Assembly: GCA_001179505.1 (NCBI GenBank)
Contig: CDMY01000446.1
Location: 1 to 64,000, forward strand
Direction of reading: 5' to 3'
Origin: Vitrella brassicaformis CCMP3155
Taxonomy: Eukaryota > Protista > Chromerida
Length of the DNA stretch: 64,000 bases
Part shown: piece by piece, positions 21,869 to 34,395 of the stretch
Layout of the letters: the number at the start of each line of letters is the position of its first letter
Position numbering within the stretch: position 1 is the first letter of the stretch
The notes under the pieces: generated by a model
What the model was told of the DNA's origin: nothing
Database searches by the model: none
The model's input: the letters and a program-made list of their open reading frames with translations, nothing else
Translations under genes and position numbers: made by a program

Positions 21869-22639
21869 GACCCACTAGGGGTGTGGGACGACACACTCCA
21901 CCGCACGCACGATCATTTAGAGAGAGGTCTCCATCAGCACACACATGCATTGGTTGCGAGTGATCCGCCAGGCAGCCAAACACAGTCACACACCCCGGAG
22001 CATCACATCAAAATCGGCCATTGCAGCAGCGAAGAGCACCAAGCGCACCCACAGCCCCACCCCCAGGCAGCCAGCGAGCCATGAGGACGAGAAGATCTCT
22101 TACAGACAGACAGACAGACAGACAGACAGAGACGTAGAGGGGGAGGGAGAGACGCACCGATAGCGCACGGACAAAAGGCACAGCCATAGCCTGACTAACG
22201 CAACGCATGCATCAGAGGCATATGGTGACCCCTGACCATCCCAAATCCAGAGCGAGTGGGTGGCACACCGAGCACCCCTCGTCCTGCGCACACACGGACC
22301 GGACAAAGAGAGGCCAAGAAACCCTCCTAATGACACACATACAACGCAATAATTGGATGACCGGAGACATTAATCGGCTTTGCGCGTGGCATTTCTGTGG
22401 CGTACCAGTGGTAGTTGGACCGCTCAATCAGACACCGCCACCTGTCGAGTGCACAGGGAGGGACACACTTGTGTGCTGTATGCCTTCCCTCCCTCCCTCT
22501 TTGGTACCTGCACTGCCCTCATCATCGCCGCCATCGTGGGAACCTAACACAACACATAAACACACAAACACACAAAACAAAAGCCACGTCGTGCCGTCCA
22601 TCCGGCCCGTGTTTGTGTGTGTCCCTACCACCGTCATCA

Positions 22640-23504
22640 TCATTCTACTTGGCCGTCGAAGACGTATGGCGCCGCTCGCTCAAACGCCACACGGGCCAGC
22701 CGAGTGGTCACGGGGAAGCGGTCCTTGAAGGCACGCCACTCACCAGCGACAGGCGCCTCGGTCGTCCAGACCTGGACCCTCACTGCAGACAGACAATGAC
22801 AGAAAGAAAACACTGATGACACTTGACACCAGCAGAGCTGCATGTCGGTCGGCCTGACCGGTGCCGCCCCCCCAAGCGAAAAGGTTAATCCATGCGACGA
22901 AGGTGTGGCTGCTGTCGGTCAGCACCAGATCTCGAATAGGACCATTCCAGGTGAGTGTGGTGGTGCAGCCGGCCACTGGTGTGTGGGGCGAGTCCGTCAG
23001 CAGGCCATCCAGACGGCCGCCACCAACACGCCTGAACCAACCACACACACACACACACACAATCACACACGCACCCCTCTCGCCACTGGTTCCATTGGTG
23101 TGCTACCTGTTGAGTGCCATCAGTGTGTGACGATTGAGTGTCGCTAAGTGTGGTTGAGGCCAACGGTGAGTGTCGTAGAAGTGGAAGCAGATCATCCGCT
23201 TGGCGAAGGACGACACCGACGCATAGGTGTCCGGGTAGCGCACCGAAGTCCATTTGCCGGTGAAGCCAGAGTATTCGATGCGGCTTGCCACTGGTGGGCC
23301 ATGCTCTAGTCGGTGCTGCTGATACAGATGGCCGGCAAGGAGGGGCGGGTTGAGGTCCAGCTCGAAGCCGGGCTCGTCCTTGATGGCCCGCACCTCACCG
23401 TTGGCATAGCGGAAGATCCGCAGGCAGCTGCCGTTGCCATTGGCATGGCGGCCCACCACCATGAGCTGCGCCAACACACGGGGAACCGACAGATACGCCT
23501 ACAC

Positions 23505-23550
<46 letters not shown>

Positions 23551-23993
23551 ATGATGCCTCTCTGTTCGCTCCCGCCCCTCTGTGTGTGCCTTACCGTCTT
23601 GCTGGCGTGTGTGTTGATGTCGTCTGCTGTGAGGCTGAGAGGCAGCGCGCAGCAGCCACACTGCCCCGCCCACTCAATCACCTCGCCGATCTCCACCCAT
23701 TCTCCCTCCTCCATCACACACACAGTGTGATGAAGCAGGTCACACACGCCGAACTGCTCATCGTCGAACCGCATCAGCTGCACTTGCCGCCCGTTGACCA
23801 CCCGCCGCAGCCCCGCCTGTGAGCCCAGCGAGTGACGGAGCCGATCTCTCAGCTGGGCCGCTCCGAAGAGCTTGCTGAGCCATTTGCAGGTGGCTCTCAG
23901 CTGGAGTATGTCTGTGAGGCTGAGGAGGTAGAAGGTGCGGCGGCCAACGAAGATATACGAGAAGGGATGCTGCTGCTGATGTTGCTGCTGCAT
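22640..23993 (-). CDS. Lineage-specific expanded-family protein (MQQQHQQQHPFSYIF.. type), apparently intact copy
   Basis: Four exons spliced in frame: MQQQ..DLLHHTVCVMEEG..HASKT|AYVSVPRVLAQLMVVGRH..LNR|RVGGGRLDG..GGT|VRVQVWTT..FDGQVE*. Confidence 0.65.
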
Positions 23994-24041
23994 CTGGAGA
24001 TGAAAAGCCAGGGGAAGAGGCAAAACGTCGGCGATCAGATC

Positions 24042-24049
24042 TGCGAGCT
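24042..24049 (+). promoter_or_regulatory. TGCGAGCT motif between repeat-1 gene and eIF5B
   Basis: Exact match, 49 bp from ATG 23993(-) and ~125 bp from ATG 24174(+). Confidence 0.55.
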
Positions 24050-24173
24050 GCGCGAATAACAGCTTTCTCCAGAAGGTGAGTCGTCTGGTGCATATCCCAG
24101 GCGCCACAGCACTGATCTCGTGTGCATCTGTTGTGTTTCGGTTGTCAGATCACACCGACGAACATCTGTCACG

Positions 24174-27100
24174 ATGGCACCGAAGCGTCGCGGCCGCAAA
24201 AAGGAGGACGATGATGATTTCGTCGAGAAGAGCGTCGACATCCTCAAGGAGCCACCAGCCGATGAGGATGACGGCGTGCCATCGCCTCAAGCTGGAGGCG
24301 GCAAGGGCAAGGGCAGAGCAAAGAAGGACAAGGGCGGCGGGGCAGGGGGGTTCGGGGCACTGGCGGGAAGTGACGATGATGACAAGGGTGACTTCACACA
24401 TCGTGGCAGCCACACACGCACACGCACACGCTCACAGGTACCCCGACAAGTCTGCTGTATGTCTGTGTGTTGTGTGGATCAGCTGGTGCATTGGCGGACG
24501 GCAAGCCAGCGGCTGATGATGACGAGGAAGAGGAGGAGGAGGTCGCAGCACCGGCAGCCGTGCCCAAGAAGAAAAACAGACGGGCCAAGAACAAACAAAA
24601 GGTGGGCAGGGTGCCCTGCAGGGACAGTAGTTACTAACACACGCACCATCGATGCGATGCACCTGTCTGTCTGTCTGTCTGTCTGTCGGTCTCAGGGCGG
24701 GTTCGCTGCGCTTGACGAGGATGGCGACGAGGAGCAGGAAGAGGAAGAGGGCGCCCAGCCATCGGCTGGCAAGAAGGGCGGCGGGTTTGCGGCCCTGACA
24801 GGCGGTGATGGGGATGACAACGAAGACGAGGAAGAGGACGAGCCCGTGAGCTCCATGCCGTCCACTGCATCGAGGCGAAAACAGAAGAAAAACCGAGCAA
24901 AGGTCAGGCAGGCAGGCAGGCACCACGCACACGGCCATCCCTTTTGTATTGGCTTGTTTTGGCAGGGTGGATTTGCGGATCTTGGGGGTGAGGACGAGGA
25001 TGAGATCAATGGGGAGGAGGAGAGCGCGCCCGCCAAGCAAGAAGAGCCGGAAGAGGCGCCTGTTCCTGAGGCCACCCCGGCTCCCGCCGCACCCAAAGCC
25101 AAAGCCAAGGCCAAGGGCAAGAAGGGCAAGAACAAAAAGAAGGTCAGTCAGCTGCAGGGCCCCGCCGGTGGCGTGAGGCGAATCCCTACTCATTTCTGCT
25201 TTATGTGTGTGTGTTCTCAGGCTGATGACGACGAGGATCTGGACGCCATCCTGGCAGAGATCGAGGGCAAGGCCAAGACGGTCGAAGCACCAGCACAAGA
25301 AGGTACACACACACATCGCCACTCCACCTCTTGTTTGTCTGCGAGCGACTGCGTTCCTGTGTGATGTCCTTTGGGTGCAGGCGAGGCCCCATGGGTGGGT
25401 GCTGAGGTCGAGGCGCCCCCGGTGCTGACCAAGAGCAAGGCGCGGCAGAAGAAGAAACAGCAGCAGAAAGGGGAGGACACCGAGGACATCGATGCCATAC
25501 TCGCGGAGATCGAGGGCAAGCCGAAGCCCGAGGCACCAACACCATCACCACCACAGCCACTGCCACAGCAGGAGGAGGAGCATCCGGCAGAAGAGGCTCC
25601 CAAAGGTAATGAAAGCGAGGGGCCGAGAGGGGGGCATGCAATGCATTGATCTTCACGCGTCCGGAGGAACTTGTGTGGCTGCGTTGTGCAGGTGAGGCGG
25701 CTGCAGCTGCTGAGGTGGCGGCCGAGGGGGCCAAGCCCGAGGAGACCCCAGCGGCGTCAGAACCGTTAGCCGCTCCGCAAGGCAAGGATCCGATCCACAG
25801 TACGCACCATACTCAGACATGGGTGACATGAGGATTACGTGCGTCTGTGCTTGTTGTAGGTGCAGCCGAGGAGCCCCCCGCTCCCGATGCTGTCACCGAG
25901 GCCACAGAGGAGACCGAAGGCACCACCGGTCTGCTGCTTTGCTCCCACACACGCGCACCTTGTGTCACTCACTGGACTGGAATTTTGGCTCTCCGTTCTC
26001 TTGATTTCTTGTTTCCTTGCTTGTTGTGCAGATGGTGTGTTGGACGAGGCGGCCAAGCGTGCGTTGAAGAACAAACTCAAGAAGGAGAAGAAAAAGGCCA
26101 AGGCCAAGGCTGCCGTCTCTGACGAGACCGAGGACAAGATAGCCGATGACCCAGAAGCCGCGCAGGCCGCCGAGGTGAGTGACGATAGGCGCAAAGCAAT
26201 GCCCACCGGCTTTTGTGGTGGTGATCTATCCCTGTGTGGTTGTCTTGCGTGTGCCTGAAGCAGGCGGCAGCTGCCCCAGCCCCTGCTCCATCGGCTGCAG
26301 CTGCTGACAAGGGCAAGAAGAAGAAGCCGGGGCCCGTCAGCGCCGCAGCGCGAGCAGCGCAGGAGCGGATACAGGCCATCAAAGAGGTCAGCACACTCGA
26401 TCACAGCACCACATGCGCGCAGAGGTCGGCACCGCAGGGGTGTGTGCGTGTGTGGGTGTGGTAGGCTGAGGAGCAGCGGAAGAAGGAGGAGGACGAGGTG
26501 CGCAAGAAGGAGGAGGAGCGTCTCCGCAAGATCGAGGAGGAAGAGGCGCGACAGGAGGAGGAACTCAAGAAGAAACGAGAGAAGAAGGAGGCACAGAAGG
26601 TGCGCACCGCACACCAGTGGGCTGGGCGCACACATGACTGTCATGTGTGGGTACGTGTGTGCTTGTCGTGTGGGTGTCTTCATCAGGTTCGTCGCCAGCA
26701 GTTAAAGAAGGAGGGCAAGTTGCTGAGCAAGGCCGAGAAGCAGCGGGCCGAGCGGGCGGCCGAATACAGACGACAGCTCGAGGAACAGGGGCTCATCCAG
26801 AGTAGCCAGCACCCGCACTCACACCTATCCATCCATCCATCCATCCATTCCGTTGTTCCCCTGTGTGTGCAGAGCGTCCCGAGGGTGAGTCAGCGCACAC
26901 CGAGGGGCCCAAGAAGACAGTGGTGGTGTCCGACCGGCGGAAGAAGAGGCGGCCGCAACACGACACCATTAATGGGCACGAGGAGGGCGGCGAGGGCGAC
27001 GTGACCATGGCCGACGAGGGCAAGGCAGACGAGGCCATGCAGCCTGTCGCAGACGAAACACACAAGGGTGAGCTATCTATGAGACACGTGGCGACACACG

Positions 27101-30100
27101 CGCGTGGGCGTATGGACACTTGTGTTGTGTGTGTGTGTGTAGATGAGGTTGAGGGAGAGGAGGAAGTGGATGATTGGGAGGCCCTCATCGACGAGGAGGA
27201 TGAGTCCAAGAAACAGCCACCAGCCATGGCTGAGCCGTCGGCTGCACCAGCCGCCCCTGCCGCCGGCAAGCCCGCCGCACCTGCCAGGGCCGCCAAACCT
27301 GAGCAAGACGTCCACATGGTAAGGCGAGGGGCCTCCTGCCGGGTTCACCGCACCCGCATTGATGTGATGTGGTTGGGGTGTGCTGTGCATTACTCAGGAG
27401 GAGGATGAGGAGGAGGAAGAGAGCGAGGAAGAAGAGAGCGAGGAAGAAGAGGTGCGCCGCGCCACACACAGACCATTATGTACCCACCCTGACTGGCACA
27501 ACTTCATTCGTGCATCTGATCTGCCTACCCTGCAGGATGAGGAAGAGGAGGACGAGTCCGACGAGGACGACCACCGCAGGCCCATGCTACGGGCCCAGCC
27601 CGTCCCGAAGGCCCCCAAGGTCGACAAGGCCACGGCGAGGCTGCGGTCACCCATCTGCTGCATCCTGGGACACGTCGACACCGGCAAGACCAAACTCCTC
27701 GACAAGATACGGCGCACCAACGTGCAGGAGGGTGAGGCCGGCGGCATCACACAACAGATCGGCGCCACGTTCTTCCCTAAGGAGGCACTCTGGGAGCAGT
27801 GCAAAAAGGTCGGTCAGCCAGTCCAGTCCACACCCCTCCCTACCCCGTGTGTACCGTGCGACTGCATGAATGTCCTTTCTTCTTTCCTTGGCCGGCCATC
27901 TCTGTCTTGTCAGGTGGATCCCGAGCTTGAGCTGCACGTGCCCGGCCTGCTCATCATCGACACGCCCGGGCACGAGTCGTTCAACAACCTTCGTGCGCGA
28001 GGGTCGTCTCTGTGTGACATCGCCATATTGGTGGTGGACATCATGCACGGGCTGGAGCCGCAGACGCTGGAGAGCCTGGGGCTGCTCAAGAAGCGCAAGT
28101 GTCCCTTCGTCATCGCCCTCAACAAGATCGACCGGATGTACCAGTGGGAGGACATCCAGTACACACCAGCCAAGGAGGCCATCGACAGGCAGCAGCCTTC
28201 TGTCAAGGTATGTAGGCATCAAATCGAGAGCGCTATTGGGCACGGCCCGGCCCACACAGGAGGACGGCCCATCTGACTGATTGTTGTGTGTGGTAACGTC
28301 AGGATGAGTTCAAGAACCGTGTGGATCAGTCTCTGGTGGCGTTGGCCGAGCAGGGCCTCAACTGCTTCGTCTACTGGGACAACCCCGACTTCCGCAGAAA
28401 CGTCAGTGTGGCCCCCACTAGCGCCATCACCGGCGAGGGCATCCCTGACCTGCTCATGCTGCTAGTCAAACTCACACAGGTCAGTCAGACACACAAGCAG
28501 CCAGCCGCAGAGAGAGGGGTCCATTACATTCATCCATATGTGTGTGTGTGTGTGGTTGTTCAGGACATCATGACGAGTGCCATCGTGTACAAGGAGGAGC
28601 TGCAGTGCACCATCCTGGAGGTCAAGAACATCGAAGGCCTCGGCACCACAATTGACGTTATTCTCGTCAACGGCACACTGCACGAAGGTGCGTACACATG
28701 ACATGGACGGACGTACCGATCCGACGATGCACGCAGAAGAAACACGTGTGTGTGTGTGTGTGTGTGGGTGTGTATACGTGTGTGCAGGCGACACCATCAT
28801 TGTGTGTGGGATGAGTGGGCCGATCGTCACAAACATCAGAGCCCTCCTCACGCCACAGCCGCTGAAGGAGCTGCGCGTCAAGGGCGAGTACATCCACCAC
28901 AAGCAAATACACGCTGCAATGGGCGTCAAAATCTCCGCGCAGGTTCGACCGTCCCGCCCTCACACAAAAGACGCACACCAAGGTGACGTTCATCTCCTAT
29001 GCCTCCTCAGGGTCTCGAGGACGCTGTGGCTGGCACGTCGCTGTTTGTGGTTGATCCTGACGATGAGGAGATGATAGAGGATTTGAAGGACGAGGTCATG
29101 GCCGACATGAGCGACATATTCAAGTCCGTCGACCGGTCCGGCAGCGGCGTATACGTCATGGCGTCCACGCTGGGCTCACTCGAGGCCCTCCTGGCCTTCC
29201 TCAAGGACTCCAAAATACCCGTCTTCTGCGTCAACATCGGTAAGCGGCGGCGCAGCGGCGCAGCAGGCCGACATGGGCGTGGGAGTGCTATCCGAATGTG
29301 TGTCTCTGTGTGTATCTGTCTGTCTGAAGGCACTGTCAACAAGATCGATGTCAAGAAGGCATCGGTGATGAAGGAGAAGGGGCACCCCGAATTTGCCACC
29401 ATACTCGCATTCGACGTCAAGGTCAGCTGGGCTGGGCTGGGTCTGTCGGCGTGACGCAAAGACATGCGGCCCGGCCTTGTCTGTGTGTCGTGTCGATCAG
29501 ATCGACAGTGAGGCGCGTAAGGAGGCTGAGCACCTGGGTGTTCGTATCATGTGGGCGGAGATCATCTACCACCTCTTCGACCAATTCACCGACTTCATGG
29601 CCAAATTCAAAGAGGACAAACGGTCGGTCAGCTCAGCCGTGTGTTGAGTGAGGACCGGTCAAGGCCTACGCAAATGCTGAAAAGTGTCGCTGTGTTGCTC
29701 TCCTGTCTGCTGCAGAAAGGAGAAGTCCAACGTGGCCGTGTTCCCCTGTGTGCTCAAGGTGCTGCCGCAATTCGTCTTCAACAAGAAGGACCCCATCGTC
29801 CTCGGTCAGACAGACATGCACACGTGAAAGTGCCACCCGACTTGGCCTGCACACACTCGTTTTGTGTCCTTCGCCAGGTGTGGTGGTTGAGGATGGCATC
29901 CTCAAGATCGGCACGCCCCTGTGCGTCCCCGATAAGGAGGTAAACAGCAGCCCAGCCACGCAGAGAGCGGACAGGGGGAACATCGGATGGCTTGACGCAC
30001 CGGCCTGGCCAATCAATGTACGTCTGTCTGGCTGTGTGGTCAGAACATGCGCATCGGTCAAGTTGGGAGCATCGAGAACAACAAGAAACCCGTCGACAGT

Positions 30101-30550
30101 GCCAGAAAGGGTAAGTTCAATAAGGTACCGACCCACCACACGAACGAACGTACCATCAGGAACTGCATGCGCATTGCGCCATGTGTTGTTATGTGCGAAG
30201 GGATGGAGGTGGCTATCAAGATTGTGGGCGACACGAGCGTTACATATGGCAAACAATTCGACCATACAAACAAGGTAAGTAAGCTGAGGTGAGGCCGCAG
30301 GTCGGTCGACACACAGCACAGCACAGCTGTGTGTGTGTGCGTTGTTTGTTCAGCTGTATTCGCGCATGACGCGTGACGCCATTGACTGCCTGAAGGAACA
30401 CTTCAGGGATGACCTCAACAAGGTAGGTAGACCAAACCCAGCAGAAAGCAGGCTAGATACAGTACTTACGTGTGGTGTGTGTCTTGTGTCATCCTCCAGG
30501 ACGACTGGAAGCTGGTTGTGGCCCTCAAGAAGGTCTTCGCCATCACCTGA
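24174..30550 (+). CDS. eIF5B: Eukaryotic translation initiation factor 5B (IF2 family GTPase), many exons
   Basis: Charged low-complexity N-terminus; [78 protein letters not shown]; ends KKVFAIT*. Confidence 0.97.
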
Positions 30551-31251
30551 CCGGCTCTTGTCTTGTCTGGCCTGTATTGCATCCCCTCCGCCTGTCTGTC
30601 TGACTTCGTTTCTGGTTGATTGGTGGCTTGGCGGGGCGGCCTCTCAAACTTCCCGTACATATTTGTACGCAAGGGATGGGCGGCTTTTAATGGATTGCGT
30701 GATGTGATTGTGTGTGCTCGCTGCGTGTACCTTTCTCTGACGGACGAAGTGGAGGCGAGAGGAAGGCGTATTTTTTCAACCCGATGCATGCCATCATTGG
30801 GTGCCGTGCAGTGGGTGTGCTATGCCTATGTATGTGGACATGACATCCACACGGCGAATGCAATGCATGGACGGAGTTTGTTGTTTGTTGGAGCAATGAA
30901 TGAATGAATGGATCCAAATGCAAGTGGGTTGAGCTAAGCAAAGAGTGATTTAAGCAGTGCGCAGTGCAAGGATGGAGTAGGCGTGTGAAACTTTCATGCT
31001 GCTCGCTCCTTTTGAATGATTCCGTGTCATCCCCTTCCCATAACATCCCCAAAGCCAGTCTCTCGCCTCGCCGCTCGGTGTGACTCGGTGCCTCCCGATG
31101 AATGATAGACGGCAGGGACTCTTAAGCGTCCCGCCTGTCATTCATCGGCGTACACAGTGTCACGCAGAGCGGCCAGACAGAAAGCACGCAGCCACCCACC
31201 CATCCATCCATTCACACACATCTATGCCCCCCCGTCGATCCCCACACGCAC

Positions 31252-32168
31252 CTGTGAAGTCTTCCACTTTCTTGTCGTTCAGGTTGTAGAAGAGGGCATT
31301 GAACGTAAAGTCACGACGCTCCGCATCTGGCAACACAGGCGACCAAGCCATCTTCCGCCGGTCTGTCTGCCTGTCTGCCTGTCTGTCTGTCTGTGTGTGT
31401 GCCCACCTTCCTTTGGCGTGCCGATGTCGATCTTGGGTATTCGGGAGTCCTCTGTGTAGGTCTCGGTGCGGAGGTTGACAAAGTCCACCGACACACCCAT
31501 CAGCTTGACCGTCGCCGTCTCGAGATGCTTCGACTGGTCGGGGTTCCGCGCTATCACGCCGATCTTGTGCGGCGACTCACCCTTGGCCGCCAACCAACTA
31601 CACACACACACACACTCCGTCATTCCGTCCTGTCTATCAATGTCGTCTCTCTCACTCACTCGTTGACGTGTTCGGCGAACTTGAGCCCCAGCATGTTGTC
31701 GAGAGCGATGTCGATGTCGGGCGAGGCGGTGTCCTTGCCAAGCAGCTTGTCCCGCACCCACCCGCCCGCGACACGCAGTGTTGTCTCGAGACCCTGGTCT
31801 TTGACCACATTGAGCAGCAGCTCGAACAGCGACTCCTCCAGCTTGGTCAGCTTGGTCAGTCGCAGCTCGTGCGACAGCCGTGAGGGCGACGGCAGCGGCT
31901 CGTTCGTGTCTGTCATGATGCGAGGACGGTACCGCAGACGAGGGGAAGAGGGCACTTCAGCGAAGGCGCTCGAAGAAGGGGTCGCACTGAGAGAAAAGCG
32001 GGATGCTCGGGTGCTGGGTGGGACGAAGGGACTGACGAAGGCCTCACGCAGCCTCGGCGATGAACTGATGATCCGACGCGCTTGCGACACAAACGCCAGG
32101 GTCAGGATGAGGAAGATCCGCCGTAGATGAAGTAGCGCAGTCCAGTCATGGCTGCGCAAGCGGCTCAT
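31252..32168 (-). pseudogene. CCA1: CCA-adding tRNA nucleotidyltransferase, N-terminal head only (3 exons), with bipartite plastid-type leader
   Basis: LRVAGGWVRDKLLG..DIDIALD, VDFVNLRTETY, DAERRDFTFNALFYN..VEDFTG. No DDPLRxLR motif or body/tail exons were found before the convergent eIF5B stop at 30550. Confidence 0.75.
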
Positions 32169-32250
32169 AAGAGATCTCCAACATCAAAGTGCCTCGGCTT
32201 TGAAACCACTACTAATTTTTTCAGTGCCCAGATCTGCAACAATTTGGAGA

Positions 32251-34313
32251 GGAGCAGGGTTTGGAAACCCTGGACCCGCGTCCTGGGTGTGGACCGTTGG
32301 ACACTCCACCACACGCAATCATTGAGAGAGAGGTCTCCATCAGCACACACGTGCATTGGTTGCGAGTGATCCGCCAGGCAGCCAAACACAGTCACACACC
32401 CCGAAGCATCACATCAAAATCGGCCACTGCAGCAGCGAAGAGCACGCAGCCAGCCATGAGGACGAGAAGATCTCCATTCACACAGACAGACATACAGACA
32501 TAGAGGGGGAGGGAGAGACGCACGGACAAACAGCAGAGCCATAGCCTAACTCACGCGACGCGTTCATCAGAGGCATATGGTGACCCCTGCAGATCCAGAG
32601 TGAGTGAGTGAGTGAGTGAGAGAGTGAGCGGTACGCCGACCACCATTCGGCCTGCGCACACACAACGCAATTAGATGACCGAAGACATTCATCGGCTTGG
32701 CGCGTGGCATTTCTGTGGCGTACCAGTGGTAGTTGGACCGCTCAATCAGACAGCGCCACCTGTCGTGTGCACAGGGAGGGACACACTTGTGTGCTGTGTG
32801 CATTCCCTCCCTCTTTGGTACCTGCACTGCCCTCATCGCTGCCATCGTCGGAACCTAGCACGACACATCAACACACAACCACACACAACACAAGCCACGT
32901 CGTGCTGTCCATCCGGCGCCTATTTGTATGTGTCCGTACCACCGTCATCATGATTCTACTTGGCCGTCGAAGACGTATGGCGCCGCTCGCTCCAGCGCCA
33001 CACGGGCCAGCTGAGTGGTGACGGGGAAGCGGTCCTTGAAGGCACGCCCCTCACCACCGACAGGCGCCTCGATCGTCCAGACCTGGACCCTCGCTGCAGA
33101 CAGACAATGACAGAAAGAAAACACTGATGACACTTGACACCAGCAGAGCTGCCTGTCTGTCGGCCTGACCGGTGCCGTCGACCATATCCCTAATCTTAAT
33201 CCACGCGACGAAGTTCTGGCTGCTGTCGGTGAGCACCAGATCTCGCGTAGGGCCTTCCCAGGTGAGTGTGGTGGTGCATCCGGCCACTGGTGTGTGGGGC
33301 GAGTCCGTCAGCAGGCCATCCAGACGGCCGCCACCAACACGCCTGAACCAACCACACACACACACACACACACACAATCACACACGCACCCCTCTCGCCA
33401 CTGGTTCCATTGGTGTGTTACCTATTGAGATCTATCGATGTGCTATTGATCTGCTGAGTCTCGCTGCTGAAGTGGTCGAGGATCGTATGCTTGGCGAATG
33501 ATGATGCTGACGCGTACTGGAACAGGTTGATCGACACCCATTGGTCGATGTCGGGAAAGTAGGAGATGCCGCTCCGCACTGGCGGGTCATGCTCTAGTCG
33601 GTGCTGCTGATACAGATGGCGGGCGGGGAGGGGCGGGTTGACGTCCAGTCGGAAGCCGGGCTGGACCTCGAGGGCCCGCACCTCACCATTGGCACGGCGG
33701 AAGATCCGCAGGCAGCTGCCGTTGCCATTGGCATGGCGGAAGATCCACAGGTGGCTGCCGTACACACCGAAGCGCACATGGCGGCCGACCACCATGAGCT
33801 GCGCCAACACACGGGAAACCGACAGATACGCCTACACCACACACACACACAGACAGAAAGAGAGAGAGGGGATGATGCCTCTCTGTTCGCTCCCGCCCCT
33901 CTGTGTGTGCCTCACCGTCTTGTTGGCGTGTGTGTTGATGTCATCTGCCGTGAGGATGACGGGCAGCTCACAGTTGCCGCACTGCACCCCCAGCTCAATC
34001 ACCTCGCCCATCTCCACCCAGCTCCCCTCCTCCATCAGCACACAGCCGCCAGCAGGTCACACACGCCGAACTGCTCATCGTCGAACCGCATCAGCTGCAC
34101 TTGCCGCCCGTTGACCACCCGCCGCAGCCCCGCCTGTGAGCCCAGCGAGTGACGGAGCCGATCTCTCAGCTGGGCCGCTCCAAAGAGCTTGCTGAGCCAT
34201 GTGCAGGTGGCTCTCAGCTGGAGTACGTCTGTGAGGCTGAGGAGGTAGAAGGCGCGGCGGCCGACGAAGATGTACGAGAAGGGGTGCTGCTGCTGATGTT
34301 GCTGTTGCTGCAT
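32251..34313 (-). mobile_element. ~2.1-kb dispersed gene-carrying repeat, copy 2
   Basis: Homologous to 21848-23993, same orientation, ~10.4 kb away. Terminal hairpin CAGGGTTT-GG-AAACCCTG at 32255-32272. Confidence 0.5.
32948..34313 (-). pseudogene. Second copy of the MQQQHQQQHP-family gene, with an apparent 1-nt frameshift
   Basis: DLLAAVC is followed by TGA (gctgtgtgctgatggag) near 34035, while copy 1 reads TVCVMEEG in frame. Confidence 0.6.
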
Positions 34314-34335
34314 TTGCAGCAGATGATATCGGAAG

Positions 34336-34343
34336 TGCGAGCT
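34336..34343 (+). promoter_or_regulatory. TGCGAGCT motif between repeat-2 gene and PKD2-like gene
   Basis: Exact match inside an 83-bp head-to-head gap. Confidence 0.55.
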
Positions 34344-34395
34344 GTTGAAGGGGGGCGGTGGGGGTTCCCCAGTCTCAGCAGAAGGCGAATCCCCC

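Larger units (their letters stand above)
21848..23993 (-). mobile_element. ~2.1-kb dispersed gene-carrying repeat, copy 1 (candidate non-autonomous element)
   Basis: Collinear with 32251-34313 across coding, intron and ~800 bp of 3' non-coding DNA. No TIR, LTR, TSD or transposase was seen, so mobility is inferred. Confidence 0.5.

Noticed and set aside
21848-23993. Canonical Helitron or TIR transposon call for the 2.1-kb repeat
   Set aside because: No CTRR after the hairpin, no TIRs and no convincing TSD (only a weak atctgc match).
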